Positions 10,213 through 19,976 of a stretch of 64,000 bases of DNA are shown piece after piece; position 1 is the stretch's first letter, and the number at the start of each line of letters is the position of its first letter. Where the stretch lies: positions 576,001-640,000 of the forward strand of contig CAVYQE010000011.1 of NCBI GenBank assembly GCA_963770565.1. The letters are read 5' to 3'. The notes beneath the pieces are model-generated. The model made no database searches. It was not told where the DNA came from and was given only the letters and a program-made list of their open reading frames with translations. The stretch is from an uncultured Actinomycetota bacterium (GTDB lineage: Bacteria > Actinomycetota > Actinomycetes > JAFAQI01). Position numbers and translations under genes: made by a program.

Positions 10213-10406
10213 CGCGAGGCCGGGTCAGGTCGGGTATCGACCTCGCCCGCGGCTTGCCGCGGATGGCCGCCACAGCGCGGCGCCGGCGGCGACCAGGCCG
10301 CCGGCTGCCGCGAGCGCGACCGGCGCGGGTCCAGCGAACCCATTTCCGAACAGTGCAATCGACGCGACGATGGCGGCGCCGGCGAGCACGAAACACCCGA
10401 CCGCAC

Positions 10407-10444
10407 ACAACCGCCGCGCGACCGATGGTCGACGCGGCGGTTGT
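10407..10444 (-). terminator. Intrinsic terminator-like hairpin downstream of the histone-like gene
   Basis: ACAACCGCCGCG-CGACC-gat-GGTCG-a-CGCGGCGGTTGT, about 28 nt after the TAA at 10472. Confidence 0.7.
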
Positions 10445-10471
10445 TGGGACTCACTGGTGTTGCTCAGTGTG

Positions 10472-10995
10472 TTACCTCTTGCGTGCGGTGGTCTTCTTCG
10501 CGGCGGCCTTGCGAGCCGGTGCGCGTCGTGCAGTGGTCTTGCGGGCCGTCGTCTTCTTGGCGACGGTCTTGCGTGCGGTCGTCTTGCGGGCCGCGGTCTT
10601 GCGCGCTGGTGCGCGCTTGGCCGGAGCCTTCTTCGCCGCGGTCTTGCGGCGGTCGTCTTGCGCGCGGTCGTCTTGCGCGCGGTGGTCTTACGCGCAGTCG
10701 TCTTCTTGGCCGCGGTCTTGCGCGCGGTCGTCTTGCGCGCGGTGGTCTTCTTGGCCGCGGTCTTGCGTGCGGTGGTCTTCTTCGCGGCGGCCTTGCGAGC
10801 CGGTGCGCGTCGTGCAGTGGTCTTGCGGGCCGTCGTCTTCTTGGCGGCGGTCTTGCGTGCTGGTGCGCGCTTTGCCGGAGCCTTCTTGGCGGCGGCCTTG
10901 CGTGCTGGTGCGCGCTTCGCCGGAGCCTTCTTGGCCGCGGTTCTGCGTGCGGTGGTCTTGCGTGCAGTGGTCTTCTTTGCCGCTGCTCTTGCCAC
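10472..10995 (-). CDS. Histone H1-like Lys/Arg/Ala-rich repetitive DNA-binding protein (~174 aa; one-base deletion near 10650)
   Basis: GTG start with AGGGGG RBS. Repeats AAKKTTARKTT / KKAPAKRAPARK resume in another frame after ~10650 and end at ...ARKR-TAA. Confidence 0.85.
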
Positions 10996-11354
10996 GTGAG
11001 CCCCCTAGCTCGAATAGTGGAGGACTGTGCTGCTCGCAACTGTTTCATCGAATGTCGGCTCATTCCATTACCGCGCGTGTGAACGCAATGCGTGTCGCGC
11101 GACCGGTTTGGCGCGCGCAACCCAGTCGACATCGGGGTCGCATTGACGGTGACCGCGAGAACGTCAATGTTCGCAACGCGTTTGAGTGCGTGTGAGCGCT
11201 CAACACACGCTGGAAAACGCGCTTTATGGGGGTGGCGGCGCGCAAAAACTTTCTTGCGACTGGGACGATGCGACAGCTGACAATGCCGGTCGAAACGGAG
11301 GATTCGTGCGCACAACACCCGACCCGGAAGTGCAGACGGCGCGTGCAGGTTTGA

Positions 11355-12170
11355 GTGTCACGGACGTTTGACGACGACGCCGGCAACCGCGTTACTGTCA
11401 CCGACCTGACCACTTCGGTGATCAGCCTGGTGCCGTCTCTCACCGAGGCAATTGCAATGACTGCACCAGGTCTGCTCGTCGCGGCGACCGACTGGTGCAC
11501 GCACCCGCCGACACTCGGCGTCGCACGGATCGGTGGCACGAAGAATCCACGGGTCGATGACATCGTCGCGCTCGGCGCGGATGTCGTGATCGCGAATGAC
11601 GAGGAGAATCGCGAGGCCGACATCACCGCACTGCGTGCGGCCGGTCTGCCGGTATGGGTGACGGCGCCGCGGACCCTGCCCGGTGCGTTCGTCTCACTCG
11701 ATCGGATGTTGCGCTTCGCATGCGGTCTTGCCCGTCCGGACTGGCTCGACGCCGCGACCGCCGCGTGGCATGGCGGGTACGCCGGGCCGCGCCGCCGCGC
11801 CGCGGTATTGATATGGCGCCGACCGTGGATGGCGGTCGGACGAGACACCTTCGCCGGCGACGTGCTCGCGCGTCTCGGTGTCGACAACGTGTTGGCCGAC
11901 TCGACCGAGCGTTATCCGCAGGTGGACCTCGCGGAGTTGCGCGACCGCCGGCCCGATCTCATCGTCCTTCCCGACGAGCCCTATGCATTCGGCTGGTCGG
12001 ACGGTCCGGAAGCCTTCGCCGACTGGGCAGTGCCGATCGCGTGCGTGAGCGGCCGGCACTTGACCTGGTACGGCCCTTCGCTGATCGAGGCGCGCGCGAT
12101 CCTGACCCGCCAGCTCGCCGAGGCGCGCGAGGGACGGGCCTACTCGAACGAGTGCTCGGGTCCCGGGTAG
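11355..12170 (+). CDS. Helical-backbone metal receptor (BtuF/cobalamin-Fe-siderophore binding-like) protein
   Basis: [50 protein letters not shown]. Confidence 0.85.
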   Translation: MSRTFDDDAGNRVTVTDLTTSVISLVPSLTEAIAMTAPGLLVAATDWCTHPPTLGVARIGGTKNPRVDDIVALGADVVIANDEENREADITALRAAGLPVWVTAPRTLPGAFVSLDRMLRFACGLARPDWLDAATAAWHGGYAGPRRRAAVLIWRRPWMAVGRDTFAGDVLARLGVDNVLADSTERYPQVDLAELRDRRPDLIVLPDEPYAFGWSDGPEAFADWAVPIACVSGRHLTWYGPSLIEARAILTRQLAEAREGRAYSNECSGPG

Positions 12171-12985
12171 ATGCCGTCGGCGACGTCGTCGGCGTATGCC
12201 CGGGCGGCGGCTGTGATCACCGAACGGACGTCGGCATAGCGCTTGACGAACCGCGGGGTCGGGCCGGAGTTGAGACCGGCCATGTCGGTCCACACCATGA
12301 CCTGGGCATCGCACTCGGGTCCGGCACCGATCCCGATCGTCGGGATCTTGACCTCCTTGGTGATCTGACCGGCGACGTCGGTCGGAATCATCTCGAGCAC
12401 GATCGCGAAGGCACCGGCCTCCTGCAGTGCCAGTGCATCGTTGAGCAAACGCTCGGCGGAGTCACCACGGCCCTGCACCCGGTAGCCACCGAGACCGTGC
12501 TCGCTCTGTGGCGTGAAGCCGATGTGCGCCATGACGGGCACACCGGCGTCGACGATCGCTCGCACCTGACGCAAGACCGGCGCGCCACCTTCGAGCTTGA
12601 CCGCCTGCGCGCCGCCTTCCTTCATGAACCGGATCGCGGTCTGTAGCGCCTGCTCCGCGGACACCTGGTAGGAGCCGAACGGCAGATCGGCGACGATCAA
12701 CGACGAGCGGGTCGAGCGGACCACGGCGCGAACCAGTGGCAACAACTCGTCCACGGTCACGGGCAACGTCGTGTCGAGACCGAACACGTTGTTGGCTGCG
12801 GAGTCACCGACCAGCAACGCCGGGATCCCGACCTCGTCGAAGATCGACGCGGCATGCATGTCGTAGGCGGTGAGCATCGCCCACCGCTCGCCTCGGTCCT
12901 TCATGGCCTGCAAGTGATGGGTACGGATCCGGCGGACCGTGTTGTTGCGTGGGCTGCCGTACGGCGAAATCCCGCCCTCGGTCAT
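12140..12985 (-). CDS. panB: 3-methyl-2-oxobutanoate hydroxymethyltransferase
   Basis: [52 protein letters not shown] before ATG 12985. Confidence 0.97.
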   Translation of the reverse strand: MTEGGISPYGSPRNNTVRRIRTHHLQAMKDRGERWAMLTAYDMHAASIFDEVGIPALLVGDSAANNVFGLDTTLPVTVDELLPLVRAVVRSTRSSLIVADLPFGSYQVSAEQALQTAIRFMKEGGAQAVKLEGGAPVLRQVRAIVDAGVPVMAHIGFTPQSEHGLGGYRVQGRGDSAERLLNDALALQEAGAFAIVLEMIPTDVAGQITKEVKIPTIGIGAGPECDAQVMVWTDMAGLNSGPTPRFVKRYADVRSVITAAARAYADDVADGIYPGPEHSFE

Positions 12986-13052
12986 GAGATGTCCTCCTCG
13001 TCTCGAGGCCCGTTCGGGTCCCCGGACAACGACCAGTGTGCCACCTTGGTGG

Positions 13053-14846
13053 CTAAGTAGGTGACTTGCCGGTCGGTTCGCGCCAGGCATTCGTGATCGG
13101 CAGCCGGCGGTCCCGGCCGAAGCCCTTCGATGTCACCTTCGGCCCGGGTGGGTACTGGCGCCGTTTGTACTCGGCGGTATCGACGAGTCGGATGACGCGG
13201 TCGACGAGCGCGGGCTCGTAGCCCGACGCGACCAGCTCGTCGTGCCCGCGATCGTGCTCGACATAGTCATCGAGCAACCGGTCCAGGACCTCGTAGTCCG
13301 GCAGACGGTCGGAGTCGAGCTGTTCGGGGGCGAGCTCGGCCGACGGTGGCTTGTCGATGATCTCGCCGGGGATCGGCTCGACCTCGCCCCGGTCGCGCGC
13401 CTGCGCGTTGCGCCAGCGGGCGAGAGCCCACACCATCGTCTTGGGGACGTCCTTGATGGGTGCGAAACCGCCCGCGCTGTCGCCGTACAGCGTGGAGAAG
13501 CCGGTGGCGAGCTCGCTCTTGTTTCCGGTGGTGAGCACCAGGTGGCCGCACTCGTTGGACAGCGCCATCAGGGACAGCCCGCGCAGCCGGGCCTGGAGGT
13601 TCTCCTCGGCCAGGCCGTGCAGGCCGCCGGTCGGCGTCTCGGTGAAGGCCTTGTCGACGCTGTCGACCATCGACTCGATCGGGATCAACATCCAGGACAA
13701 CCGCTGCCGGGTCGCGAGCTCCTCGGCGTCGGTGACGCTGCCGGCCGAGGAATAGCGGCTCGGCATCCCGACCACCGTGACCGCGTCGGGGCCAAGCGCG
13801 TCGGCCGCGATCGTCGCGACCAGGGCCGAGTCGATTCCACCGGAGAGCCCGATGACGACGGAGGTGAAGCGGTTCTTGCGCACGTAGTCGCGGGTGCCGG
13901 TCAGAAGCGCGGCCCACACTTCGGCGAGGTCGTCGAGGCGTTCCGCCACGACGGCCGGCTCCGGCGTACGGTCGCCGATCGGCGCCGCATCGACGACGAT
14001 CCGCTCGACCCGCATCCGGGTGCCGTCGGCGGCATCGACGTCTCCGAGGAGATCGGAGGTCGCGGCCCGGAGCTCGAGATCGGCCACCAGCAAGTGGGAC
14101 TCGAACTGCGGCGCGCGGGCCACCACGTCGCCGGCGGCCGTCACGATCATCGAGTCGCCGTCGAAGACCAGCTCGTCCTGACCGCCGACCAGGTTGACGT
14201 AGGCCAAAGTTGCGCCGGCTTCCGCAGCGCGGGTCTGGTTCAACGTCAGCCGGACGTCGTCCTTGTTGCGTTCGTACGGCGAGCCGTTGATGCACAGCAC
14301 CAACCCGGCATCCGCCGCGCGGGCAACCGCGACCGGCCCGCCGTCCTGCCACAGGTCTTCGCAGATCGTGGTCGCGATGTCGACGCCGTTCAGCCGCACG
14401 ATCGGCAACCGGTCGCCGGGTACGAAGTACCGAACCTCGTCGAACACCCCGTAGTTGGGCAGGTGGTGTTTCGCGTAGCGGGCGACGACCGCGCCGCCCG
14501 CGATAACGGCAGCCGCGTTCTGCGGCTCGCCGGCCGGACGGCCCACTCGCGGGATCGCGTCGGGGCAGCGGTCGACGTACCCGACGACCACCACGATGCC
14601 GCCGAGGCCCTCCTCGGCGAGCCGGCCGGCCAGCGCGTCGAGCGCGGCCCGCGAGGCGTCGACGAAGGACCGGCGAAGGACCAGGTCCTCGGGCGGGTAT
14701 CCGGTCAGCGCCAGCTCGGGAAACACCGCGAGGTCGGCGGCGCGCTCAGCCGCTCCGCGGGTGGCTTCGACGATGATGTCGGAATTCGCGGCGAGGTCGC
14801 CGACCGTGGTGTTGACCTGCGCCAGCGCGATCCGCAACCGAGGCAC
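13053..14846 (-). CDS. nadE: Glutamine-dependent NAD+ synthetase
   Basis: Nitrilase-like N-domain ([29 protein letters not shown]) plus [32 protein letters not shown]. Confidence 0.97.
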   Translation of the reverse strand: MPRLRIALAQVNTTVGDLAANSDIIVEATRGAAERAADLAVFPELALTGYPPEDLVLRRSFVDASRAALDALAGRLAEEGLGGIVVVVGYVDRCPDAIPRVGRPAGEPQNAAAVIAGGAVVARYAKHHLPNYGVFDEVRYFVPGDRLPIVRLNGVDIATTICEDLWQDGGPVAVARAADAGLVLCINGSPYERNKDDVRLTLNQTRAAEAGATLAYVNLVGGQDELVFDGDSMIVTAAGDVVARAPQFESHLLVADLELRAATSDLLGDVDAADGTRMRVERIVVDAAPIGDRTPEPAVVAERLDDLAEVWAALLTGTRDYVRKNRFTSVVIGLSGGIDSALVATIAADALGPDAVTVVGMPSRYSSAGSVTDAEELATRQRLSWMLIPIESMVDSVDKAFTETPTGGLHGLAEENLQARLRGLSLMALSNECGHLVLTTGNKSELATGFSTLYGDSAGGFAPIKDVPKTMVWALARWRNAQARDRGEVEPIPGEIIDKPPSAELAPEQLDSDRLPDYEVLDRLLDDYVEHDRGHDELVASGYEPALVDRVIRLVDTAEYKRRQYPPGPKVTSKGFGRDRRLPITNAWREPTGKSPT

Positions 14847-14951
14847 GGCTCCAGGGTAGGCCGTCGCGGGCGAGCGTGATCACGCCATCGTGATCGAAGC
14901 CGCGGGCGCGCCGATATCCCCTTGTAACACGCGCGCCGTACGCTGAAGGGC

Positions 14952-16292
14952 ATGGATCGCCAGCAGGAGTTCGTGCTGCGCACCATCGAAGAGCGAGAGA
15001 TTCGTTTCGTCCGGTTGTGGTTCACCGACGTGCTGGGTTTCTTGAAGTCGGTGGCGATCGCGCCGGCCGAGCTCGAAGGGGCGTTCGCCGAGGGGATCGG
15101 CTTCGACGGGTCCGCGGTCGAGGGCTTCGCCAGGGTCCACGAGTCCGACATGCTGGCTCGCCCTGACCCGTCGACCTTCCAGGTCTTGCCCTGGCGGGAG
15201 GAGCAACCGGGCACCGGGCGGATGTTCTGCGACATCTTGATGCCCGACGGTTCGCCGTCGTACGTCGATCCACGCCACGTGCTCCGCCGGTCGATGCAGC
15301 GCGCGGCCGATCTCGGCTTCACCTTCTATGTCCACCCGGAGGTCGAGTTCTTCCTGCTCCGTGGCCGCCCGACGCCGGAGGAGATCCTGCCGGCGCCGAT
15401 CGACTCCGGCGGCTACTTCGACCAGACCCCGCACGACCTCGGGCACGACTTCCGTCGCGACGCCATCACGATGCTCGAGCGGATGGGCATCAGCGTGGAG
15501 TTCAGCCACCACGAGGTCGCGCCGGGGCAGCAGGAGATCGACCTTCGTTACGCCGATGCGCTGACGACCGCCGACAACCTGATGACGATGCGCTTGGTCG
15601 TTAAGGAGGTCGCGCTCGCGCAGGGTGTCTACGCGTCGTTCATGCCGAAGCCGTTCGCCGACCAGCCCGGCTCGGCGATGCACACTCACCTGTCGCTGTT
15701 CGAGGGCGATCGCAACGCGTTTCACGACGGCAGCGATCCGCTGTCGTTGTCGAAGGTGGGACGTGCATTCGTCGCGGGACTGCTCACCCACGCGCCCGAA
15801 TACACCGCGGTCACCAACCAGTGGGTGAACTCCTACAAGCGGCTCTGGGGTGGTGGCGAGGCGCCGGCGTACGTCTGCTGGGGTCGCAACAATCGCTCGG
15901 CGTTGATCCGGATCCCGATGTACAAGCCGCAGAAGGGCAACTCCACCCGGATCGAGATCCGCTCGCCCGACTCGGCCTGCAATCCCTATCTGACGTACGC
16001 CGTGCTGCTCGCGGCCGGCCTGAAGGGAATCGAAGAAGGCTACGAGCTGCCGGATGGTGCGGAGGACGACGTGTGGGCACTCACCGACGCTGAGCGCCGG
16101 GCCATGGGCATCCCGCCGCTGCCGGGATCGCTGGCCGATGCGATCGGCGCGATGGAACGCTCGGAGCTGATGGCCGAGACGCTCGGTGAAGGGGTGTTCG
16201 ACTGGTTCCTGCGCAACAAGCGCACGGAGTGGGACGACTACCGCAGCCAGGTGACCCCGTTCGAGCTCAAGCGCTACCTCCCGGTCCTGTAG
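14952..16292 (+). CDS. glnA: Type I glutamine synthetase (GlnA2-type)
   Basis: RLWFTDVLG, GFDGSAVEG, HPEVEF, HHEVAPGQQEI, FMPKP, NSYKRL, NNRSALIRIP, EIRSPD. Confidence 0.95.
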   Translation: MDRQQEFVLRTIEEREIRFVRLWFTDVLGFLKSVAIAPAELEGAFAEGIGFDGSAVEGFARVHESDMLARPDPSTFQVLPWREEQPGTGRMFCDILMPDGSPSYVDPRHVLRRSMQRAADLGFTFYVHPEVEFFLLRGRPTPEEILPAPIDSGGYFDQTPHDLGHDFRRDAITMLERMGISVEFSHHEVAPGQQEIDLRYADALTTADNLMTMRLVVKEVALAQGVYASFMPKPFADQPGSAMHTHLSLFEGDRNAFHDGSDPLSLSKVGRAFVAGLLTHAPEYTAVTNQWVNSYKRLWGGGEAPAYVCWGRNNRSALIRIPMYKPQKGNSTRIEIRSPDSACNPYLTYAVLLAAGLKGIEEGYELPDGAEDDVWALTDAERRAMGIPPLPGSLADAIGAMERSELMAETLGEGVFDWFLRNKRTEWDDYRSQVTPFELKRYLPVL

Positions 16293-16305
16293 GGGATGCG
16301 ATCAG

Positions 16306-16974
16306 ATGGCGCGCGTGCATGTCGTCCAACACACGGTGACCGAAGGGCTCGGCCTGCTGGCTGACTGGTTGCCGGCGTTCGGCGTCGACGTCCACCCGAC
16401 GCATCCCTATCTCGGGAACCGGGTGCCGCCGTCGGTCGAAGGCGATGCGCTGATCGTCCTGGGCGGGCCGATGGGTGCCCTCGACGACGAGGCCGCCCCG
16501 TGGCTGCCCTCGGTCCGGGAGTTGTTGGCGAGCGCGGTCGATGACGGTGTCCCGACGATTGGGATCTGCCTGGGCGCCCAGTTGCTCGCCGTCGTGGCCG
16601 GAGGCGCGGTCGAGCGCGGCCAGGCAGGCCCGGAGATCGGGCTCGGCGAGGTCACCGTGCCGACCGGCGACGAGCTGTTGAACCCGGGCGTGATGCCGGT
16701 GGTGCAGTGGCACTACGACGCGATCACGAACCTCCCGGAGTCGGTCGAGGTATTGGCGTCGAACGACTGCTATCCGGTGCAGGCGTTCCGCGTGGGCGAG
16801 GTGGCGTGGGGGTTGCAGTTCCACGTCGAGACCACGGCTGAGATGGTGCGGGGCTGGGCCATCGAGGACGGAATGGACCCCTCGATCGGCGATCCGATCG
16901 CGTTCGCGGCCGGTCGGCTGGCTGAGGTCAACGAAGCGATCGCGCGGCGGTTCGCGGCGATCATCACCGGCTGA
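16306..16974 (+). CDS. Type 1 glutamine amidotransferase (GMP-synthase-like, stand-alone)
   Basis: LGGPMG, GICLGAQLL, QWHYD, GLQFHVE (Cys-His-Glu triad). Confidence 0.9.
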   Translation: MARVHVVQHTVTEGLGLLADWLPAFGVDVHPTHPYLGNRVPPSVEGDALIVLGGPMGALDDEAAPWLPSVRELLASAVDDGVPTIGICLGAQLLAVVAGGAVERGQAGPEIGLGEVTVPTGDELLNPGVMPVVQWHYDAITNLPESVEVLASNDCYPVQAFRVGEVAWGLQFHVETTAEMVRGWAIEDGMDPSIGDPIAFAAGRLAEVNEAIARRFAAIITG

Positions 16975-17036
16975 GCACCTCCTCGCTCGATCGAGCGCGG
17001 AGCCACGGGTCCGAGCCCGGCAGTAGCGTTCCCGAT

Positions 17037-19976
17037 GTGACGGTGCCGGAGCGGTCGGAGGCGCTGCCGGTCCGGCTCGCTCGTACCGGCTTCGGGGACG
17101 GTGACTGGGCGCACCTGCGGCTCGCCGATCTGGGTCTGACCGAAGCGCCAGCCGATGCGGCGGTGATCGAGGCGCTGGGCCGGGCCGCCGATCCCGACTT
17201 GGCGCTCGCGACGCTGTGCCGCTTGGCAGAGGCGATGAGCCCGGCCGAGCGGGCCGATTTCCTGGCCGCGATCCGGGCTCGGGAAGGTCTGCGGGTCCGG
17301 CTGTTCGCCGTGCTCGGGGCGAGTGCTGCGCTCGGTCAGTCGCTGGTTCGCCGGCCGCAGGACTGGCGTGCTCTTGCCGAGGACTCGATGGCGCACATGC
17401 GGCCCACGCTGCTGGGGATGCAACGCGCCCTGCTCGACGCGGTCGGTGGTGCTCTCGGGCGCGAGGGCTATGACGCGTTGCGTGTCTCCTATCGGCGGCT
17501 GTTGCTCGGGCTCGCCGCCCGCGACCTGGCCGGCGACGTGGTGGTCGACGACGTCGCCGCGGAGCTGGCCGACCTGGCCGAGGCCACGCTCGGTGCCGCC
17601 CTCGAGCTGGCCCGCGCCGAGGCACCGTTGGAGCGCGACGGCCGGCTCGCGGTCATCGGCATGGGCAAGTGCGGCGGGCGTGAGCTCAACTACGTCAGCG
17701 ACGTCGATGTCATCTTCGTGGCCGAGCCGGCCGACCAGGCCGCCGCGGCACTCGCAGCCGGTCTGATCCGGGCCTGCTCGGAAGTCACCGCGGAGGGTGC
17801 GATCTGGCCGCTCGATACGGCGCTCCGTCCGGAGGGCAAGGCCGGCCCATTGGTCCGGACCTTGGCCAGCCACGAGGGCTACTACGAGCGCTGGGCGAAG
17901 ACCTGGGAGTTCCAGGCGCTGCTGAAGGCCCGGCCGGTGGCGGGCGACGGTGCGCTCGGGCGCGCCTACATCGACACGGTCGCGCCTCTGGTATGGGCCG
18001 CGGCCGGGCGGCCGAGCTTCGTCGCGGACATCCAGGCGATGCGACGTCGGGTGGTCGACACGCTGCCACCCGACGACGTCGAGCGTGAGGTGAAGCTGGG
18101 CCCGGGCGGGCTGCGTGACGTGGAGTTCGCCGTCCAGTTGCTCCAGCTCGTGCACGGGCGCACTGACCCGTCGTTGCGCAGCTCGACGACGCTCGTTGCC
18201 CTGCAGGCGCTGTCCGACGGCGGCTACGTCGGTCGCGACGACGCGGCCCGGCTGGCCGCGGCGTACCGGTTCCTTCGGACCGTCGAGCACCGCCTGCAGT
18301 TGCAGCACCTGCGGCGTACCCACCTGCTCCCGACCAGCGAAGCCGGGCTGCGCTGGCTGGCCCGGGCGATGAACTTCCGTGACACCGCCGAATGGCGCCA
18401 CGAGTACGACGGTCATGTGCGCGAGGTCCGCCGGCTGCACGAGAAGTTGTTCTACCGGCCGCTGCTCGACGCGGTCGCGCGGCTGCCGGTCCAGGACTCG
18501 AGCCTGACGCCCGAGGCGGCCCGCGAGCGGCTCGAGGCGCTCGGCTTCTCCGATCCGGCCGCGGCGCTCCGCCACCTCGAGGCGCTGACGTCGGGCGTGA
18601 GTCGCAGTGCGGCGATCCAGCGGACGTTGCTGCCCGCGATGCTCGGCTGGTTCGCCGATGCGGCGGACCCCGACGCCGGCCTGCTGTCGTTCCGGCAGGT
18701 CAGCGACGCACTCGGCAGCACTCCCTGGTATCTGCGGGTGCTGCGCGACGAAGGCGTGACCGCGCAACGGCTGGCTCGACTGCTCGCCACCAGCCGCTAC
18801 GTCGCCGACCTGCTGGCCAGGGCCCCCGAAGCGGTGGCCTTGCTGGCCGACGACGCCGAGCTCCGGCCCCGCGGGCGCGCGGTCCTGGGCGGCGAGATGC
18901 TCGCGGTTGCCCGCCGCAACGACGACTGGGACGGTGCCGCCGCGGCGGCCCGCTCGCTGCACCGCCGGGAGCTGCTCCGGATCGCCTGCGGCGACCTGCT
19001 CGGCCTACTCGACGTCGCCACGGTCGGGCAGGCGTTGTCCGACGCGGCGGCGGCGACGCTGAGCGCGGCGCTGGAGTCCGCCCAGCGCAAGGTCGAGTCC
19101 GACCGCAACGGCGCGCTGCCGCTGCGGCTGGCGGTGATCGGCATGGGCCGGTTGGGCGGCTTCGAGCAGGGGTACGGAAGTGATGCGGACGTGTTGTTCG
19201 TGTTCGAGTGGCTCGAGGACGACGAGCGCGCCTCGACGACCGCCGCCCACGAGATCGCCCAGGAACTGCGCCGATTGTTGTCCATGCCCGCACCCGACCC
19301 GCCCCTGCTGGTCGATGCCGACCTGCGGCCCGAGGGTCGTCAGGGGCCGCTCGTGCGCAGCCTCGACTCCTATGCCGAGTACTACCGCCGGTGGTCGGTG
19401 CCATGGGAGAGCCAGGCGCTGCTACGGGCCAGCCCGATCGCGGGCGACGTCGACCTCGGCGGCCGGTTCGTCGACATGATCGCGGCGTTCCGCTATCCGC
19501 CCGGCGGGATCGACGACCACGCCCAGCGCGAGATCCGCCGGCTCAAGGCGCGGATGGAGGCCGAGCGGTTGCCGCGCGGGGTGGACCCCGCCATGCACAT
19601 CAAGCTCGGGCGTGGTGGGCTGGCAGATGTGGAGTGGACCGTCCAGCTCTTGCAGCTGCAGTACGCCGGGCAGGTGCCGTCGTTGCGGACGACCTCGACG
19701 ATTCAGGCGCTGGCGGCTGCGCGGGGCGAGGGCCTGCTGGGCGATTCCGATGAACGCGCCCTGCGCGAGGCGTGGCTGATCGCGACCCGGGTGCGCAACG
19801 CGATCATGCTGGCCCAGGGCCGGTCCTCCGACGTCGTGCCGTCGGACGCCCGATCGCTGGCCGCGGTCGCTCGGGCGATGGGTTATCGCGCCGGGCACAC
19901 CGGCGATCTGCGTGAGGACTACCAGCGCGCGACCCGACGAGCCCGACGAGTGCACGAGCGGTTGTTCGCTTCGTGA
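17037..19976 (+). CDS. glnE: Bifunctional glutamine synthetase adenylyltransferase/deadenylase
   Basis: Two NT domains: MGKCGGRELNYVSDVD...LRPEGKAGPL...KLGPGGLRDVEF and MGRLGGFEQGYGSDAD...LRPEGRQGPL...KLGRGGLADVEW. Confidence 0.97.
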   Translation: MTVPERSEALPVRLARTGFGDGDWAHLRLADLGLTEAPADAAVIEALGRAADPDLALATLCRLAEAMSPAERADFLAAIRAREGLRVRLFAVLGASAALGQSLVRRPQDWRALAEDSMAHMRPTLLGMQRALLDAVGGALGREGYDALRVSYRRLLLGLAARDLAGDVVVDDVAAELADLAEATLGAALELARAEAPLERDGRLAVIGMGKCGGRELNYVSDVDVIFVAEPADQAAAALAAGLIRACSEVTAEGAIWPLDTALRPEGKAGPLVRTLASHEGYYERWAKTWEFQALLKARPVAGDGALGRAYIDTVAPLVWAAAGRPSFVADIQAMRRRVVDTLPPDDVEREVKLGPGGLRDVEFAVQLLQLVHGRTDPSLRSSTTLVALQALSDGGYVGRDDAARLAAAYRFLRTVEHRLQLQHLRRTHLLPTSEAGLRWLARAMNFRDTAEWRHEYDGHVREVRRLHEKLFYRPLLDAVARLPVQDSSLTPEAARERLEALGFSDPAAALRHLEALTSGVSRSAAIQRTLLPAMLGWFADAADPDAGLLSFRQVSDALGSTPWYLRVLRDEGVTAQRLARLLATSRYVADLLARAPEAVALLADDAELRPRGRAVLGGEMLAVARRNDDWDGAAAAARSLHRRELLRIACGDLLGLLDVATVGQALSDAAAATLSAALESAQRKVESDRNGALPLRLAVIGMGRLGGFEQGYGSDADVLFVFEWLEDDERASTTAAHEIAQELRRLLSMPAPDPPLLVDADLRPEGRQGPLVRSLDSYAEYYRRWSVPWESQALLRASPIAGDVDLGGRFVDMIAAFRYPPGGIDDHAQREIRRLKARMEAERLPRGVDPAMHIKLGRGGLADVEWTVQLLQLQYAGQVPSLRTTSTIQALAAARGEGLLGDSDERALREAWLIATRVRNAIMLAQGRSSDVVPSDARSLAAVARAMGYRAGHTGDLREDYQRATRRARRVHERLFAS

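Noticed and set aside
10225-10454. Membrane-anchored extension of the histone-like protein, or a separate two-TM ORF
   Set aside because: It arises only through the apparent one-base deletion at ~10650. The repaired gene stops at 10472 and is followed by a strong terminator-like hairpin. The hydrophobic frame has no convincing start or RBS.
11180-11354. Cobalamin riboswitch upstream of the BtuF-like gene
   Set aside because: I could not find the conserved AGGGAA, GCCACTG and B12-box elements in the right order.
14924-14944. GlnR box upstream of glnA
   Set aside because: Only one GTAAC half-site is visible and the second site is not convincing.
13242-18962. Long antisense or alternate-frame ORFs (e.g. 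13242..14879, 16770..18962, 54104..56455, 56998..58980)
   Set aside because: These are shadow ORFs expected in high-GC DNA opposite well-conserved genes; none has recognisable motifs.
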